A stretch of 64,000 bases of DNA from Mustelus asterias (lineage: Eukaryota), in contig NW_027590151.1 in NCBI RefSeq assembly GCF_964213995.1, forward strand, positions 558,001-622,000, given 5' to 3'. Under the pieces are notes generated by a model that did no database searches, was not told the origin of the DNA, and saw nothing but the letters and a program-made list of their open reading frames with translations. Shown piece after piece: positions 1 through 12,290 of this stretch. Both the position numbers and the translations under genes were made by a program. The stretch's first letter is position 1. Each line of letters starts with the position of its first letter.

Positions 1-2690
1 CCGCCCTGCATCTATGCTGTCTCGTCCTATCGGAATTTTGTAAGTCTCCATAAGATTCCCCCCTCATTCGTCTGAAGTCCAGCGAAAACAGTCCTAACCT
101 AGTCAATCTCTCCTCGTACATCAGCTCCATCATCCCCGGAATCAGCCTGGTAAAGTTTCGCTGCAGTACCTCGAGAGCAAAGACATCCTTCCTCAGAAAA
201 GGAGACCAAAACTGCACACAATATTCTAGGTGCGGCCTCACCAAGTCCCTCTATAATTGCAATGACACATCCCTGCTCCTGTACTCAAAACCACTCGCAA
301 TGAAGGCCAGCATACCATTTGCCTTCTTTACTGCCTGCTGCACCTGCATGCTTAACTTCAGCGACTGTTGAATAAGGACACCCAGGTCTCGATGCAAACT
401 CTCCTCCCCCAATTTAGAGCCATTCAGGTAGTAATCTGCCTTCTTGTTTTTGTTTCCAAAGTGAATAAACTCACACTTATCCAAATTATACTGCATCTAC
501 CACTGATTTGACAACTCACCCAGCCTGTCCAGATCAGGCTGAAGGATCTCTGCATCCTCGTCACAGTTCACCCTCCCAGCCAACTTGGTATCATCTGCAA
601 ACTTTGAGATGTTACATTTTGTTCCCTCGTCCAAATCATTAATACATATTGTGAATAGCTGGGGTCCCAGCACCGATCCCTGTGGCACTCCACAAGATAC
701 TGCCTGCCAATTTAAAAATGGCAAATTAATTCCTACTCTTTATTTCCTCTCTGCCAACCAATTTTCTGTCCATCTAAATACAGTTCCCCAATTCCATGCA
801 CTTTAAATATGCCCGATAATCTCTTATGCGGGACTTTGCCAAACGATTTCTTAAAGTCCAAATATACCACATCGACTGGCTCCCCCTTGTCAACCCTACT
901 CGTTACATCTTCAAAGAATTCCAACAGATTTCTCAAGCATGATTTCCCCTTCATAAATCCATGCTGATTCTGTCTGATCCTGCCACTGCTTTCAAAGTAC
1001 TCCGCTATAAGTACTTGATAATGGATTCGAGAATTTTCCCCACTACCGATGTGAGGCTTACTGGTCTATAATTCCCTGTTTTCTCTCTACAACCCTTTCT
1101 GAATATTGGAATAACATTAGCTACTCTCCAATCTGCAGGGACTCTTCCAGAGTCTATAGAATCCTGGAAGATTACCACCAATGCATCCATTATTTCTAGA
1201 GCCACTTCCTCAAGTACTCTGGGATGTAGATTATCAACCCCTGGGGATTTATCCACATTCAATCCCATCAATTTTCCCAGCAACATTTCTCTACTCATGT
1301 TGATTTCCCTCAGTTCTTCCCTCTTACTCAATATTGCATTCTCCAACATTTCTGGTATCTGATTTGTGTCCTCATTTGTGAAGAGAGAACCAAAGTATGT
1401 ATTCAGCTGGTCAGTCATTTCCTTGTCCCCTATTATACATTCCCCCATCTCTGTCTGTAGGGGATCTACATTTAGAAAGTATTAGTGTCAGTCTTTATGT
1501 TCCCTGCAAGTTTACTTTCGGACTGCATTTTCCCCTTGTTAATCAATCCCTTCGTACTTTGCTGAATTCTAAACTGCTCCCAATCCTTAGTCTTATTGTT
1601 GTTCTTGGCCAATCTGTATGCTTCTTCCTTTGATCGGATACTATCTCTAATTTCCTTTGTAAGCCATGGATTGACGCTCTTACTGATTTTGCTTTTGTGC
1701 CAGACAGGGATAAACAGTTGCTACAGTTCCCCCATGCGTTCCTTGAATGTTTCACGTTGCCTATCCATTGTCATCCCTTTAAATATGTCTCCCCAATCTA
1801 TGAAGGCCAAATCACGCCTCATATCCTCATAGTTTCCTTCATTAAGATTCAGCATTGTAGTCTCTGAGTCAACTACTTCACTCTCCATCCTGATAAAAAA
1901 TTCTCTCATGCTATGATCACTCATCCCCAAGGGGTCTCGCACAGCTAATAATTGGCAATTATTACCTTGTCACTACACAGCACCCAGTCTAAGGTGGCCT
2001 GCTCCCTAGTTGGTTCCTTCACATATTGGTCAGGGAAACCATCCCGTATCCACTCCAGAAATTCGTCCTCTAATTGTGGTTAATTTGAGTTGCTCAATCA
2101 ATGTGCAGATTAAAATCACCATTGATCTCTAATTTCGTGTTTAATGCCATTTCCAACATCACCACTGCAGTTTCGGGGTCTATATATGACACCCACTGAT
2201 GTTTTCTGCCCCATTGGTATCTCTCAACTCTACCCGCACAGATGCCACAATATCAGAGCTAATATCCTTTCTCACTATTGTGTTAATTTCCTCTTTAGCC
2301 AGCAGTGCCACTCCACCACTTTTTCCTTTATGCCTGTCCTTCCTAACTACTGAATACCCTGGGACATTCAGTTCTCATCCCTGGGAACCCTGCAGCCATG
2401 TCTCCATAATTCCAATTATAGCATACCCGTTTACATCTATCTGCAAGATTAGTTCATTCCCTTTATTGCAAATACTCCGCGCATTAAGGCACAGAGCCTT
2501 TAAGCTTATCTTTTTAACATTGATTGCCTCGCTCCCAGTACTTTTCTCTATAGCCCTTTTTGAATTTTGTCCTTGGTTTCTCTGCCTATCATTTTTCTTA
2601 TTTCCTTTTCTACATCATGTTTTGTCCTTGTTCCCTCCTTCCCTGACTCCTTACATAAGTTCCCAACCACCTGGCATATTCGTTTCATTG
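1..2690 (-). mobile_element. Degraded CR1-clade LINE (ORF2 endonuclease + reverse transcriptase), running off the window edge
   Basis: Minus-strand ORF fragments carry CR1 RT motifs: GNYRPVSLTS, KSCLxNLLEFFE, [13 protein letters not shown], KFADDTK, KKANGMLAFI. Endonuclease-region fragments lie at ~1700-2520. Multiple stops and frameshifts. Confidence 0.9.
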
Positions 2691-2724
2691 GGTGACCTTG
2701 CATTATTGTGAGGTGGTGGAACTG

Positions 2725-3050
2725 GGTCGCGGCAGTGGCCTAGTGGTATTATCGCTAGATTATTAATCCAGGAACTCAATAGTTTTCTGGCGACCCGCGT
2801 TCAAATCTCGCCATGGCAGATGGTGGAATTTGAATTCAATAATCTGCAATTAAGAATCTACTGTCGACAAAGAAAGCCATTGTTGGAAAAACCCACCTGG
2901 TTGAGTAATGTCCTTTAGAGAAAGAAATCTGCCATCCTGATCTGACCTGGCCTACATATGCAATTTGGTTGACTCTCAAGGGCAATTGGGAATGAATAAT
3001 AAATGCTGGTCAGCCACCCGTTGCCCATGTCCCATGAATGAATACAAAAT
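2725..3050 (+). mobile_element. tRNA-derived SINE (old family)
   Basis: A-box-like GTGGCCTAGTGG and B-box-like GTTCAAATC, followed by a body (GCAGATGGTGGAATTTGAATTCAAT...) that recurs in reverse near 6.8, 15.2, 23.4 and 27.2 kb. Confidence 0.6.
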
Positions 3051-3637
3051 CTCTCCCTTTTGGAAAATGAGCCCGAGTTGATTCAACTAAACGTAAACGC
3101 ATCTTTCAGACTCAACTGACTTACCTCTTCGAAATCTAACAGGATTATGACAATAAGAACAGATAATGTTGGGAAAACCCCCAGCAGGTCAGGCAGCATC
3201 TGTAAGGAGGGAAAGCTTAGTTAACAAATTAAATACTATCATTTGAATCGTATTTCTTTTCTGCCAGGGGTTGAGGCGTCACTGGCTAGGCCATGTTGCA
3301 AATTTCTGTTAAGGCATTTCAGAGATTGGCACAGCAGGCGCTAAGGGCTGAATAGCCTTCCCTTGTTCCTATGTTTCCTAACCTATGTTCAGAGGCTAAA
3401 TATATTTGTTGCAGGGGAGGATGTGGATGCTATCTTTGACTAGTGGCTACCTTGGCTCAGAAATTCTTCACGTTGATAGAATCTTAGAGCATCCAAGGAG
3501 GGTATTCGGCCAATTTAGCCTTTGATGGTGCGAAGGGGAAGATATGCAATATCTGTTACCTGCAGCGAATCAGTGACTATTCCAGCTTTGCCTTTGCCGT
3601 GAACTGCCTGAAATCTGAAACAGCTATCTCAATAGAA

Positions 3638-3665
3638 GGTTTCTGTCTGAGCAATTGTTACTGTG
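3638..3665 (+). other. 12-RSS of first J segment
   Basis: Nonamer GGTTTCTGT (3638-3646), 12-bp spacer, heptamer TACTGTG (3659-3665), directly abutting the J coding sequence. Confidence 0.92.
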
Positions 3666-3715
3666 CTACGATAAGCTAACGTTCGGCAGCGGCACCCAGG
3701 TGACAGTTGTACCAA
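3666..3715 (+). CDS. TRDJ: TCR delta J segment (YDKLTFGSGTQVTVVP)
   Basis: FGXG motif, upstream 12-RSS, and phase-1 donor A|GTGAGT at 3716 that is in frame with the C exon acceptor at 14690. Confidence 0.93.
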
Positions 3716-4806
3716 GTGAGTGTGAAGTCAGTGTTTCTTTTTCTTTCATTCCACATCTCCTCTGTGATCTAGTTTTCTGTTGTAAGTGTTCTAGTCAAGT
3801 TAGGCAGAGTGCCAATATAATATGTGGCATGCAGACGAAGAGATTGCACGGTTTTGAGTCAGTTTTGATCAAGCTAAGCTTACCCAGGCATTAGAGGGCC
3901 CTAGTATTATGGTATTGAACTGAGAAGCAGAATTGTGTCCTGTTAACGGGATAGGAAGATTCCATCCAGAGAGTTAACCCAAAAGAAAGGGGGGAGACGA
4001 GCAAGCATCATTGTTCTGTTTAAACTCCAAAATCAAATCTCTTACAGCAGAGATGGGGCCCTTCAGCCCGTCGAATCTCCACCAATAAAACGACACAAAA
4101 TCTACACTAATCCCACTTTCTGGCACTTGGCCCATAACCTTGAATGTTACAACATTTGAACTGTTCATCCACCTACTGCTTAAATATTGAGAGTTTCCTC
4201 GCCTCTGTTACCCTCCCAGGCAGTGCATTCTAGACATCCACCACACTCAGGGTCAAAAACAAATTTCTCAAATCCTCAGATCCCGCCTAAACGTCCTGCT
4301 ACTCATCTTAAAATTATATCCCTCGTTATTGACCGGTTAACTAAGGGGAACAGCTGTTCCCACTTCCAGGCAATGCATTGCATGACAGAACCAATCGGTT
4401 TGTAAAAAAGTTATTTTCTCATTTCACTTTTTCCTCTGTTGGAAATCATTTTAAATCTCTGCCCTCTCGTTCTCCATCCTTTTGCGAGAGGGAACATCTC
4501 CTCCCTCTCTACTGTAACCAGCCCCCTCGTGATTTTGAACAGCTCGAATAAATCTCCTTTTAACCTTCCCTCCAAGGGAACAGTTCCAATCTTTCCAACC
4601 TATTCTCATACCTCATAACTCATATTCTCATAACATTTCCAAGTTATTCTCAAACTGAAGTTGCTCATCCCGGCAACCGTCCTGTCAACCTTTACTTCAC
4701 TCCCTCCAACGCATTCCCATCCTTCCTATTGTATGGTTCCCAGAACTTTTCACAATATTCCAATTGAGGTTTAATTGGATGTCTTATATAAGTTCACCAT
4801 AACCTC

Positions 4807-6283
4807 TGATCTTCAGGTCGTCGTTGGCCTCTGGTATAGTACCAGAAGATTGGAGGTTAGCGAATGTTGTCCCATTGTTTAAGAAGGGGAACAGAGACTT
4901 CCCCGGGAATTATAGACCGGTGAGTCTCACTTCTGTTGTCGGCAAGATGTTGGAAAAAATTATAAGGGATAGGATTTATAGTTATTTGGAGAGTAATGAA
5001 TTGATAGGTGATAGTCAGCATGGTTTTGTGGCAGGTAGGTCGTGCCTTACTAACCTTATTGAGTTTTTTGAGAAAGTGACCAAGGAGGTGGATGGGGGCA
5101 AGGCAGTGGACGTGGTATATATGGATTTTAGTAAGGCGTTTGATAAGGTTCACCATGGTAGGCTTCTGCAGAAAATGCAGATGTATGGGATTGGGGGTGA
5201 TCTAGGAAATTGGATCAGGAATTGGCTAGCGGATAGGAAACAGAGGGTGGTGGTTGATAGTAAATATTCATCATGGAGTGCGGTTACAAGTGGTGTACCT
5301 CAGGGATCTGTTTTGGGGCCACTGCTGTTTGTAATATTTATTAATGATCTGGATGAGGGTATAGTTGGGTGGATTAGCAAATTTGCTGATGACACCAAAG
5401 TCGGTGGTGTGGTAGACAGTGAGGAAGGGTGTCGTAGTTTGCAGGAAGACTTAGACAGGTTGCAAAGTTGGGCCGAGAGGTGGCGGATGGAGTTTAATGC
5501 GGAGAAGTGTGAGGTAATTCACTTTGGTAGGAATAACAGATGTGTTGAGTATAGGGCTAACGGGAGGACTTTGAATAGTGTGGAGGAGCAGAGGGATCTA
5601 GGTGTATGTGTGCATAGATCCCTGAAAGTTGGGAATCAAGTAGATAAGGTTGTTAAGAAGGCATATGGTGTCTTGGCGTTTATTGGTAGGGGGATTGAAT
5701 TTAGGAGTCGTAGCGTTATGTTGCAACTGTACACAACTCTGGTGCGGCCGCACTTGGAGTACTGTGTGCAGTTCTGGTCCCCACATTACAGGAAGGATGT
5801 GGAGGCTTTGGAGAGGGTGCAGAGGAGGTTTACCAGGATGTTGCCTGGTATGGAGGGGAGATCCTATGAGGAGAGGCTGAGGGATTTGGGATTGTTTTCG
5901 CTGGAAAGGCGGCGGCTAAGAGGGGATCTTATTGAAACATATAAGATGATTAGAGGTTTAGATAGGGTGGATAGTGATAGCCTTTTTCCTCTGATGGAGA
6001 AATCCAGCACGAGGGGGCATGGCTTTAAATTGAGGGGGGGTAGTTATAGAACCGATGTCAGGGGTAGGTTCTTTACCCAGAGGGTGGTGAGGGATTGGAA
6101 TGCCCTGCCAGCATCAGTTGTAAATGCGCCTAGTTTGGGGGCGTTTAAGAGATCCGTAGATAGGTTCATGGACGAAAAGAAATTGGTTTAGGTTGGAGGG
6201 TCACAGTTTTTTTTTAACTGGTCGGTGCAACATCGTGGGCCGAAGGGCCTGTTCTGCGCTGTAATGTTCTATGTTCTATGTTC
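4807..6283 (+). mobile_element. Young 5'-truncated CR1 LINE with uninterrupted RT/C-terminal ORF2 (455 aa), inserted in an older minus-strand CR1 relic
   Basis: ORF 4824-6191 has no stop across the RT motifs (YRPVSL, GVPQGS, FADD) and the C-terminal domain. The 3' tail is (ATGTTCT)n. The flanks ...ATAACCTC | TTTGCTCTTGTACTC... read as one continuous antisense CR1 sequence. Confidence 0.95.
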
Positions 6284-7352
6284 TTTGCTCTTGTACTCGA
6301 TGCCTCGATCAATAAAGCCCAGAATGCTTTATTAGCCGCTCTGGCAAAAAACACATAGTGGGTCTTACAGTTACGATAGAACAACTGTACTGATAGACAA
6401 ACTGATGGCTTCGGTGGATAATTCCAACAGAAATAGGGTTCTCATAGCTGTTTAAAGAATAAAATCCTGAGGGATGGAAAGTGCCCTGATGTGCCTTTGA
6501 TGCCTCTTTCGAATGCTTTTTTAGCATTTACACTTATGAGCGTCACTGGAAAGGCGAACATTTGTTATTCATCCCTAATTGCCCTTTGAAATGAGTGACT
6601 TTCTCAGTTTTAGACGGACAGTTGCGAGCCAACTACATTGCTCTTGGTCTGGAGTCACAAGTAGAACAGGACATGTGAGATTTCCTTCCGTGAAGGACAT
6701 TAGTGATTCTGTCGAGTCCTGAAGAGAATCAACAATTGTTTCATGGTCCCATTCCTGAGACTAGATTTCAACTCCAGATTTTATTAATCAAATTGAAGTT
6801 CCACCAGATGCCATGATGGGATTTATACGCACGTAGCCAAATGTGTTGTCGTGACCTCTGTAATACTTTTTCAGTGGCATTATCATCCCGCCACTCATGG
6901 GCTTTTGAAACATTCGAGCAAAGGAACTTAAGTTTAATGGGAGAGTGGAAATAGAAACATAGGAAGTTGGAGCAGGAGTAAGCCATTCGGCCCTTCCAGC
7001 CTCCTCCACCATTCATTATGACCAAGGTTGGTCATCCAACTCAATAGCCTGTTCCTGCTTTCCCCTCATATCCTTTTATTCTTTTAGCCCAAGAGCCATA
7101 TTTAATTCTTTCTTGGAAGCATAATGCTTTGGCTTCAACTGCTTTGTAATTGTGAATTGCACGGGATTTTCATTCACTTGGTGAAAAAGAAATTCTCCTC
7201 ATGTCAGTCCCATATCCTTTGGCAATGAGCCCCGGTTCTCGATCCTGCCGCCATCCTGCATCAACGCAGATGAACCGGCTGTGGAAGCAAATCGAATTTC
7301 AAAAACCTCGTCATGAAAAACAATCCTAACATTGCTATTCATGGGGTTATGT

Positions 7353-7380
7353 CAATTTTGTACCATCTGGTATCACTATG
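7353..7380 (+). other. Non-canonical 12-RSS of second J segment
   Basis: CAATTTTGT (7353-7361), 12-bp spacer, CACTATG (7374-7380; reads CATAGTG on the opposite strand). Confidence 0.7.
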
Positions 7381-7440
7381 CACACTTTGCAATCAGAAAG
7401 CTTATCTTTGGCAGTGGAATAAAACTCACTGTCGAACCCA
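7381..7440 (+). CDS. TRDJ: TCR delta J segment (HFAIRKLIFGSGIKLTVEP)
   Basis: Read directly from the sequence (not in the ORF track): AAG CTT ATC TTT GGC AGT GGA ATA AAA CTC ACT GTC GAA CCC A|GTAAG. FGXG motif and phase-1 donor at 7441. Confidence 0.9.
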
Positions 7441-8238
7441 GTAAGCGAAGCTATTCTCTGCATTTATGTCTGGTTATAGTTTAAGAAAGTATTGTCCGAT
7501 TCTAATACACCTGTAAAGAATCTTCGTCCTGTAATAGCTGCTGTTGTATTGGTTGGGAGAGCCAGGGGGTGGGGGGGGGCGGGGGGCGGGGAGAGCGTGG
7601 GGAGGGGGGGATGGGGATGGGAAGTGGTGTGGGTTAAGGAGTGAAAAATTAAAATGTCCTCTGACAACTCTGGGTCAGAATTTACAAACAGCAGATTATT
7701 AGAATCCTACAACAATGGAGGAGACCATTAGGCCCATAGCTCTTGCTTTAGGAACAGTAGAGTCATAGTCATTGAGTTTTACAGAACAGGAAGAGGCCCT
7801 GCGGCCCATTGTGCCTGCTCCAGCCATTTAGCCCCTCTCTATTCCAGTTTCATTTTTCAGCACTTGGTTGTCGCCTTATATATTACGGCATAAATGATTT
7901 TTGGACTTGCGTGACAAGGTCCCTCTAGTCCTCTGCACTTTCTAGCATCCTCCGGTTCATTATGCATTCCCGTGCCTTGCTACTCCTCGCAAAATGCATC
8001 ACCTCACACTTTTCAGGATTAAATTCCATTTGCCACTGCTCTGCCTATCTGACCAGCCTGCCTATATGGTCCTGTAATCTCTGCAAGTCAGTGACACTTC
8101 ACTTCATACGAAAACGATGTGTGCATTCTTGGCTTGACTTCGTGTGAACTTTGTATACAGCACTCCCGAAATAATGCAAATTAAATGTTTTTCTTCTGTA
8201 CTCTGTGAGGTAAATATGATGCAACTGCTGCAATGCAA

Positions 8239-8326
8239 AATTTCTGTCTTGGAAATTGTTCCTGTACATTTACTAATTACAACACTGAGACATCCACATT
8301 CAGCGGTGAAGGTCGTGACCAGTAAG
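8239..8326 (+). pseudogene. Probable decayed J segment (pseudo-J)
   Basis: AATTTCTGT + 12-bp spacer CTTGGAAATTGT (first J spacer is CTGAGCAATTGT) + TCCTGTA, then 55 nt ending VKVVT and a phase-1 donor A|GTAAG. No FGXG motif. Confidence 0.55.
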
Positions 8327-8619
8327 GATAAGCTTACTTAATATCATTATCTGCTGTGTGATGGACAGGGAGCCAGCATCATGTGGGAAGGCAATTGAGG
8401 ACATTGCACCGATATAATGAACTTACACGGCTGAATATCCAGTTCAGCTGCTCCTAAACTTGCAGTGTCCAACCTTTGTAGATCCAATGTCATATTGTCA
8501 TATTTGTAATGTCATATTGGACTAAAAAAAACTTTATTTTTATTCCTTGGATGTGGGCATTCCTAATTTCCCACTGGACAATTTCAGGGCCCACTACATT
8601 GCTTCTTGAATCCAAAGTC

Positions 8620-8900
8620 AAAGTTCAAAGTTTATTTATTAGTCGCAAGTAAAACTTACATTAAACACTGCAATTAAGTTACTGTGAAATTCCCCTAATC
8701 GCCACAGTCCGGCGCTTGTTCGGGTCAGTGCACCTTAACCAGAACCACAATGTGGGAGGAAACCGGAGCAACCGGAGGAAACCCACGCAGACACGGGGAG
8801 AACGTGCAAACTCCAGACAGACAGTGGCCCAATTTGGGAATCGAACCCGGGTCCCTGGCGCTGTGTAGCAGAGCTAACCACTGTCCTACCACGCCGCCCC
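8620..8900 (-). mobile_element. HE1-type tRNA-derived SINE
   Basis: Reverse complement of the SINE core (GGTTAGC...GACCCGGGTTCGATTCCC...GCACGTTCTCCCCGTGTCTGCGTGGGTTTCCTCCGG) seen many times in this window. Confidence 0.8.
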
Positions 8901-9599
8901 CGCTAGCTGGCATATTTCCTTCTCCAAAGGACATTGTTGAACTAAATGCACATTTACTACCATACGCACCTCGTCTACTCTCAGCCGCCATTTTGGCAAT
9001 AGCACATTCACTTCCCTCGTCCAAGTCACTAATGTATATTGTAAACAATTGTGTCCGGAGCATTGATCCCTGTGGCACTCCATCCTGAAAATACTCCTCT
9101 TTTCCCAACTCGCTGTCTCCTATCGATTAGGCAATTCTCTATCCATGCTAATATATTACCCCGAAAAGCATAGGATCTGAAGTAATCTTTCGTCTGAGAC
9201 CATGTCCAATTTTATTTTGCTGCAATGATAAGATGCAAACCATCGAACGACAAGGCTTTCTTAACGGCAATCGACGATGGTTGCCATAGTTTTTACTAGA
9301 GGCTAGATTTCGATTAATTGAATTGAAATTACATCAAGTGCTGGGGTGGGCATTGAATTCATTTCTTTCAGGGAATTAGCCTTGGTTTCTGCGTTGCTAA
9401 TCCAATGACATCGCCACTTCGCTACCACCATCCCATAATGTTGAATGAAGACTATTTAAGGATAGTTTCAATCATAAGCATGTTACAGAGCCAGAAATCA
9501 ATTAGATTCATTTCGTTTTGTGGGCTTTATGAAATAATTAATATTCAGTGGCATTACCCAGCACTTTCCCGCACGGACATATAAAATATAGAGAAAGTT

Positions 9600-10130
9600 A
9601 GAAAATAAGAGCAGGAGTAGACCGTTCGGCCCTTCGACCCTGCTCTGCCATTCGACACGACCGTGGCTGACCCTGTAACTCGACACCATACTCGCCCTCT
9701 CCTCATAATTTTTGACACCTTAAGAGTATAGTGATATATTTCCATTTAAAATATATTCTCTGATTTCGCATCCACAAACTTCTGCGGTAGATAACTACAG
9801 TTTTACCAGCCTCTGAGTGAGGGCATTTTTCCTCATCTCAGACCTAAATATCCAACCCTGTACACTGAAACTTTGACCCCTTGTTCTAGACCCCACCAAA
9901 GGAAACACCATCCCTGCATCCAGTCTGTCCGTGCCTGCTAGAATTCTGTATATTTCAATGACACCGCCTTTCATTGTTCGAACCTCCAGTGAATACAGAT
10001 GCAGTCGCCCAATCTCCCCTAAAAGGACAATCATGCCATTCCAAGAATCATTCTGGTGTACTTTTTCTGCACTCTTTTTATTGCAAGTGTATTCTTTCTT
10101 CGATAAGGAGACCAAAACTGCCCACAATAT
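9600..10130 (-). mobile_element. CR1 3' fragment
   Basis: ORF 9795-10127 is a degraded CR1 ORF2 C-terminus (LYSLE..GGVIEIYRIL..RTRG), with the 3' tail near 9600-9650. Confidence 0.75.
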
Positions 10131-10939
10131 TAGATTTCGTCAAAAAAGGGTTGGATTTAGGAAATGTCTTAATGGAGGAAAGTGAGGCAAAATGCTTCCT
10201 GGTTTCGCTCCTGAAAGTCTTAAACATTAAACATCGTCTAAAATCCTGTTTGATTAAATCTTGGACTCCCCAACCAGCAGCAACTGTTCCTGTTTATCAA
10301 CCCTCTCCTTTTGGGTATGATTAAGTCACTCCTTAACTAAATTCCAGCGTTTTAGATTTAAACATCATTTACACTGTTAATCGAGTACTCTCAACATACA
10401 TACTGCTTACAGAGTAAAATTTCTTCTCCTGCTGCTCTATTCAAGGAATTTTTAAATGCTGACTTGTAATTTTATGAAAAACGGAACATAAATGTTGCCG
10501 GTTCTGATTGCGGACTCTTTATTTCAATCATGATCTCAGATCTTCACATTCAAACATGAATACTAAGCTTCGAATATATTTTTCGTTCTCTCAGTGTTTG
10601 TGCTTTCTGTCTTCTTCACCTGTCTAAAGAATTTGAATAAAGACATTCGTTGATCAATCCTTACTCTTAGCATATAGACATTTATAAACAACGTGGTTCT
10701 TTGATTTTCAATTCTAAATCTTACATTCAATTCTAGCTTACATTTCCCTGCACTGAAAACATCCACTAGTTTTATCCATTCACAAACTATTAATATTTCT
10801 TTGCAAATCGGTGCTTCCAGCTACGCTAATTACAATGCTGTTTTTGTGTCATTTGCAAACTAGCATATTCAGCATTCTATCACATTCTATCGCATTGTCT
10901 TAATAAATACAACTAAACTGCATATCATTCTGTATAGGT

Positions 10940-12290
10940 ATATGTGTGTGTGTATGTGCGTTTGAGTGTGTGTGTGTGTTTATGTGTGTGTGTTTGTACG
11001 CCTCCATGTCTGTATGTCCATACCTGTCTGTGTAAGTGTCTGCGGCGTATTTAAGTATTCAAGCCTCGAAGCAACATAAGAGCAGGCATTTGGCCCATCG
11101 ATAAAGATCGAACATTCAAACTGATTATGGCACACACACACGTACCCACCCATACAAAAGCACACACACAAACACTCACACAGACGTACACAAGCACACA
11201 CACACACACGCACACGCACATTAATATTTGGTGACACACAAACGTACCATTTGCCTTCCTCATTGTTTGCTGTACCTGCACGCTAGCTTTTAGTGACCAG
11301 GTCTGTCTGGAAGTCAACTCTTTTCAACCTCGCACCATATAGAAAATATTCTGTATTTCTGTTTCTTTTTCCCCAACCATAGTGGAAATCTTTATACTTA
11401 GTCACTTTTTATCCCATCTGCCATGTCTTTGCGCATTCACTCAGCCTGTCCAAATCTCCTTGAAGCCCCCATTGCATCCTCCTCTCCATTATGTCTGTGC
11501 CATCAACAAGGTTTGAATTATTTTATTTGGTCCCCACATCAAGTTTCTGCTTGTGTTCCAATCTCTGTGTTTGTTTCTGGGCATGTCTGCCTCTCAATAC
11601 CTCAGTTTGAGTGTCTCTCGATTTGTGTGTGTGTGTGTGTGTTTGTGCGTGTGTGTGTACGCCTGTGTGCCTGTACGTCCATGCTTGTCTGTGTGAGTGT
11701 CTGCGGCGTGCAAATGTATTTCAATCTCAAAGGAGCATGAGTAGGCCATTTGGCCCAAAAATAATGCTCCAACTTTCAGACAGATCATGGTACACACACA
11801 CACACACACACACACGCTCTCTCGCGCTCCTATTTGATTAGACAAATATGTATCATTTGCCTTCCACGTGTCTTGCTGTGCCGACATGCTAGTTTTTCGT
11901 GACCCATGAACAAGGACCTCCAGCTCTCTCTGGCAACAACCCTGTCCAATCTCGCACTGTTTAGGAAATACTCTGCCTTTCTGATGTCTTTTTTTCTGCC
12001 AGAATGGATAACTTCACACATATTCAGTTTTATTCCATCTGCCATGTTCTTGCCCATTGACTCAGCCTGTCCCAATTCCCTTCAAGTCCTCCTTGTATCC
12101 TCCTCACCATTAGTTGTGCTCATCAGCAAGGTTGGAAATATTTTATTTGGTCCCCAAATCCAGTCTGTCTGTGTTTTGTGTGTGGTTCTGGGTGTGTGTG
12201 TCTCTCAATGTCTCAGTGTGTGTCTGTGTATGTGTGCGTGTAGGGGGGCGGGGGCGGTATGCCTGCCTCGAGATGCATGTGTGTGTCATA
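10940..12290. repeat. Diverged ~660-bp tandem duplication composed of (GT)n, CR1 tail, (CA)n and a CR1 RT fragment
   Basis: GTGTCTGCGGCGT occurs at ~11036 and ~11697, each followed by similar GCATTTGGCCC/CCATTTGGCCC, a (CA)n tract, CATTTGCCTTCC and ACTCAGCCTGTCC. Confidence 0.7.

Noticed and set aside
6355-6420. Intronic E-delta-like enhancer (Myb and GATA motifs)
   Set aside because: No adjacent RUNX site and too few motifs to distinguish from chance.
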